Shown: one piece after another, positions 62,235-64,000 of the stretch
How the letters are laid out: every line of letters starts with the position of its first letter
Numbering within the stretch: the stretch's first letter is position 1
From: a virus
Virus record (IMG/VR): IMGVR_UViG_3300045988_122521
Direction: 5' to 3' (one strand)
Length of the DNA: 64,000 nucleotides
Program-made: the position numbers and the translations under genes
The notes under the pieces: model-generated
Databases searched by the model: none
Seen by the model: only the letters and a program-made list of their open reading frames with translations
Told to the model about the DNA's origin: nothing

Positions 62235-62990
62235 ATGACCCCCGAAAAGCTTTTGGAAAACCTCTACGCCATCGCCTATTCCCTCCCGGAACAGGAACGC
62301 CGCTTTTTCTGCGCGCTGGAACCTGCCATCGACCCATGCGGCGGTGACACGATCAACGCCGGCCACCAACTGGCGCTCCTGGTCCGCGCCATCCGCACCG
62401 ATATGGCCCAGCAATACCGGAGAGACGATCAGCGCCGCACCCGTGATGCCGCCCTTCGCCGTATCGGCAGGGCATCCGCATCAAAGCAAGGCAAAATCCG
62501 TCCCCACTTCGCAGGCGCGTTTCTGGACGAGCAAGGCCGCCAGTGCGTCACAGACGGCTTCCTGCTCATCCGTCTGAACACACCATCCAACGTGCTGGAA
62601 TGGGCGCCCACGCCCAACGATCCCCACGTATACGATCACATCCCCGAACTCCTGAACAGCGCCGCGGCCACTGTCACGCTGACGCTCCCCACGGCGGCAG
62701 AAGTCCGCGCTAAGATCGCCAGCGACAAGGCGAAATTCAAAGCCTCCTCCCGTCCCAGGTACGAAAGCGTCTCCACCTGCTTTAACTGGGGAGACGGCCT
62801 GCCCATGGTCAATTCCATCTACCTGCTGGATATTCTGGAGGCGCTCCCTGGATGCACCGCCTCATGCCGCCCCGATGAGCTGTCCTGCGTCTATTTCCAC
62901 AGTCCGGACGGTGACGCCATCATCATGCCCGTCCGCAAGTACATAACCCGCAGCGAAGAGGATTCCGACGAACAGGAGGAACAGGAATGA
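62235..62990 (+). CDS. Hypothetical protein; C-terminal segment faintly reminiscent of a beta-clamp (DnaN) C-terminus
   Basis: 251 aa, RBS AAAGGAGCA. NSIYLLDILEAL...VYFHSPDGDAIIMPVR. Confidence 0.65.
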   Translation: MTPEKLLENLYAIAYSLPEQERRFFCALEPAIDPCGGDTINAGHQLALLVRAIRTDMAQQYRRDDQRRTRDAALRRIGRASASKQGKIRPHFAGAFLDEQGRQCVTDGFLLIRLNTPSNVLEWAPTPNDPHVYDHIPELLNSAAATVTLTLPTAAEVRAKIASDKAKFKASSRPRYESVSTCFNWGDGLPMVNSIYLLDILEALPGCTASCRPDELSCVYFHSPDGDAIIMPVRKYITRSEEDSDEQEEQE

Positions 62991-63178
62991 AAAACAAACT
63001 GTGCCCCTACAAGAAGACCTGCCGCGACATCTGCTACGGCGAAAATCCCTGTGCCTTTGCCAAAGCATTTGACGGCCTCGCCCGCAAGATCGACCTCAAG
63101 ACTGTCTGCATAGAATCACTACGCGCCGAAAACGCCGCGCTGAAGGCGCGGCTGGAACAGGAGGAACACAACGTATGA
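62987..63178 (+). CDS. Cys + coiled-coil small protein (paralogue 1)
   Basis: 63 aa. ...AFDGLARKIDLKTVCIESLRAENAALKARLEQ. Confidence 0.65.
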   Translation: MKNKLCPYKKTCRDICYGENPCAFAKAFDGLARKIDLKTVCIESLRAENAALKARLEQEEHNV

Positions 63179-63462
63179 GCCACATCTGCAAAATGACCGG
63201 ACTGGAGGCCGCACTGCCCTGTGCCGCCCCTCAGTGCCCCGCCTACGGCGATTGTGCCGCCGCCTATGAAAAATCCCAGCAGGGCTTCCAACTGGAACAG
63301 CGCCCCAAAACAAACCTTGAACACTTCCGCGAGATGACAGCCGAACAGCTGGCGGCGTGGATCATGTGCCCCTACTCCATCGACCCCGACCTCTGCATCG
63401 GCAAGGACTGTATCAAGTGCTGCGCCGACTTCCTAAACGCGCCCTATGACGGTCTTGCTTGA
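63175..63462 (+). CDS. Cys-rich small protein (paralogue 2) ending at an in-frame TGA
   Basis: 95 aa. ...PYDGLA-TGA, then 29 in-frame codons KIDLKTSCTESLRAENAELKAKLKQSGVI up to 63552. Confidence 0.6.
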   Translation: MSHICKMTGLEAALPCAAPQCPAYGDCAAAYEKSQQGFQLEQRPKTNLEHFREMTAEQLAAWIMCPYSIDPDLCIGKDCIKCCADFLNAPYDGLA

Positions 63463-63638
63463 AAAATCGACTTGAAGACATCCTGCACAGAATCCCTGCG
63501 TGCAGAAAATGCAGAGCTAAAGGCGAAGTTGAAGCAATCCGGCGTTATCTGACGCCCGCCGCTGAAAACTCCCCGTTGCACCCCCGGCAAAACCGTGATA
63601 AAATTAAGCAAAAGTAAATTTTCAAGGAGGAACAGAAC

Positions 63639-63959
63639 ATGGAGATCAACACCCACGGCAGAAAAATCAACTTGGAAACATTGGCCAACGCCTCCGACTC
63701 CACCAAGGGACTCGGCTCCCGCACGGGGGAGTATGTGGAGATTTTTTACGACAAATCCACCGGCGATGTATGGGGAAAGTATCACTGGGATCGTGAAGAA
63801 TGGACAGTCTATCACGATGAGGACGTTACAAAGGTCGGACTCGCCACCCGCTACAAGACCCAGCAGCAGATCGCGGACATGATCGACAACACCCTGACGG
63901 AGGACGAACAGACCGAGCGCGAAAACGCCGAGTATTTGAGAGGAGATTCTTGCACATGA
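63639..63959 (+). CDS. Hypothetical acidic protein
   Basis: 106 aa, RBS AAGGAGGAAC. Confidence 0.7.
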   Translation: MEINTHGRKINLETLANASDSTKGLGSRTGEYVEIFYDKSTGDVWGKYHWDREEWTVYHDEDVTKVGLATRYKTQQQIADMIDNTLTEDEQTERENAEYLRGDSCT

Positions 63960-64000
63960 ACACGCAGGAGCTGATCCAGCGATACAAAATCGCCCTGAAA
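63957..64000 (+). CDS. Start of next gene (truncated by window)
   Basis: ATGA overlap. MNTQELIQRYKIALK... Confidence 0.4.

Larger units (their letters stand above)
45338..64000. mobile_element. Second mobile-element region (prophage remnant, satellite or ICE-like island; right end beyond the window)
   Basis: Own divergent control region (55.84-56.05 kb), two sigma-like regulators, phage-type modification genes, paralogue of the phage-1 ASCH gene. No structural or integrase genes in the window. Confidence 0.55.

Noticed and set aside
63460-63462. Selenocysteine recoding at the in-frame TGA (a hairpin lies ~21 nt downstream)
   Set aside because: The aligned residue in the paralogue is Arg, not Cys. 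The hairpin is short and not obviously SECIS-like. No selenoprotein context.
1-64000. CRISPR arrays, diversity-generating retroelements, retrons, group II introns, IS elements
   Set aside because: No regularly spaced direct repeats, no reverse transcriptase-like or transposase-like ORF, and no template/variable repeat pair were seen on either strand.

Overview
High-GC (~58-60%) DNA with strong GGAGG-type ribosome-binding sites, consistent by inference with Clostridia such as Oscillospiraceae or Faecalibacterium-like hosts. The window is almost entirely mobile DNA. Positions 1-45.3 kb are a temperate tailed-phage genome or prophage read mainly on the minus strand. Its order is Cro-like repressor, antirepressor, YqaJ/RecT recombination, SSB-like, DnaD-like organizer, DnaB, a DNA-modification block, XRE regulator plus terminator, terminase, portal, scaffold/protease, capsid, two tRNAs, head-tail and tail genes, tape measure, and baseplate (truncated at position 1). 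The modification block holds a circularly permuted multi-TRD C5 methyltransferase, a small methyltransferase cassette and a GNAT-like gene. A cI-like repressor, a membrane-anchored HTH protein and a tyrosine integrase diverge on the plus strand and end at a tRNA 3'-end fragment flanked on both sides by arm-type repeats. Positions 45.3-64 kb are a second mobile region. It has a minus-strand operon (sigma-like regulator, PP-loop ATPase, methyltransferase, MazZ-like dNTP pyrophosphohydrolase, ASCH, DUF4406, methyltransferase, Lar, 3D-domain hydrolase), a 1.2-kb ORF-poor structured gap, a sigma-factor operon, and a unidirectional plus-strand array of small genes with an orphan methyltransferase. 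No CRISPR array, reverse transcriptase or canonical defence ATPase was seen. Functional calls rest on motif recognition by eye, and many gene starts were refined manually from RBS context.
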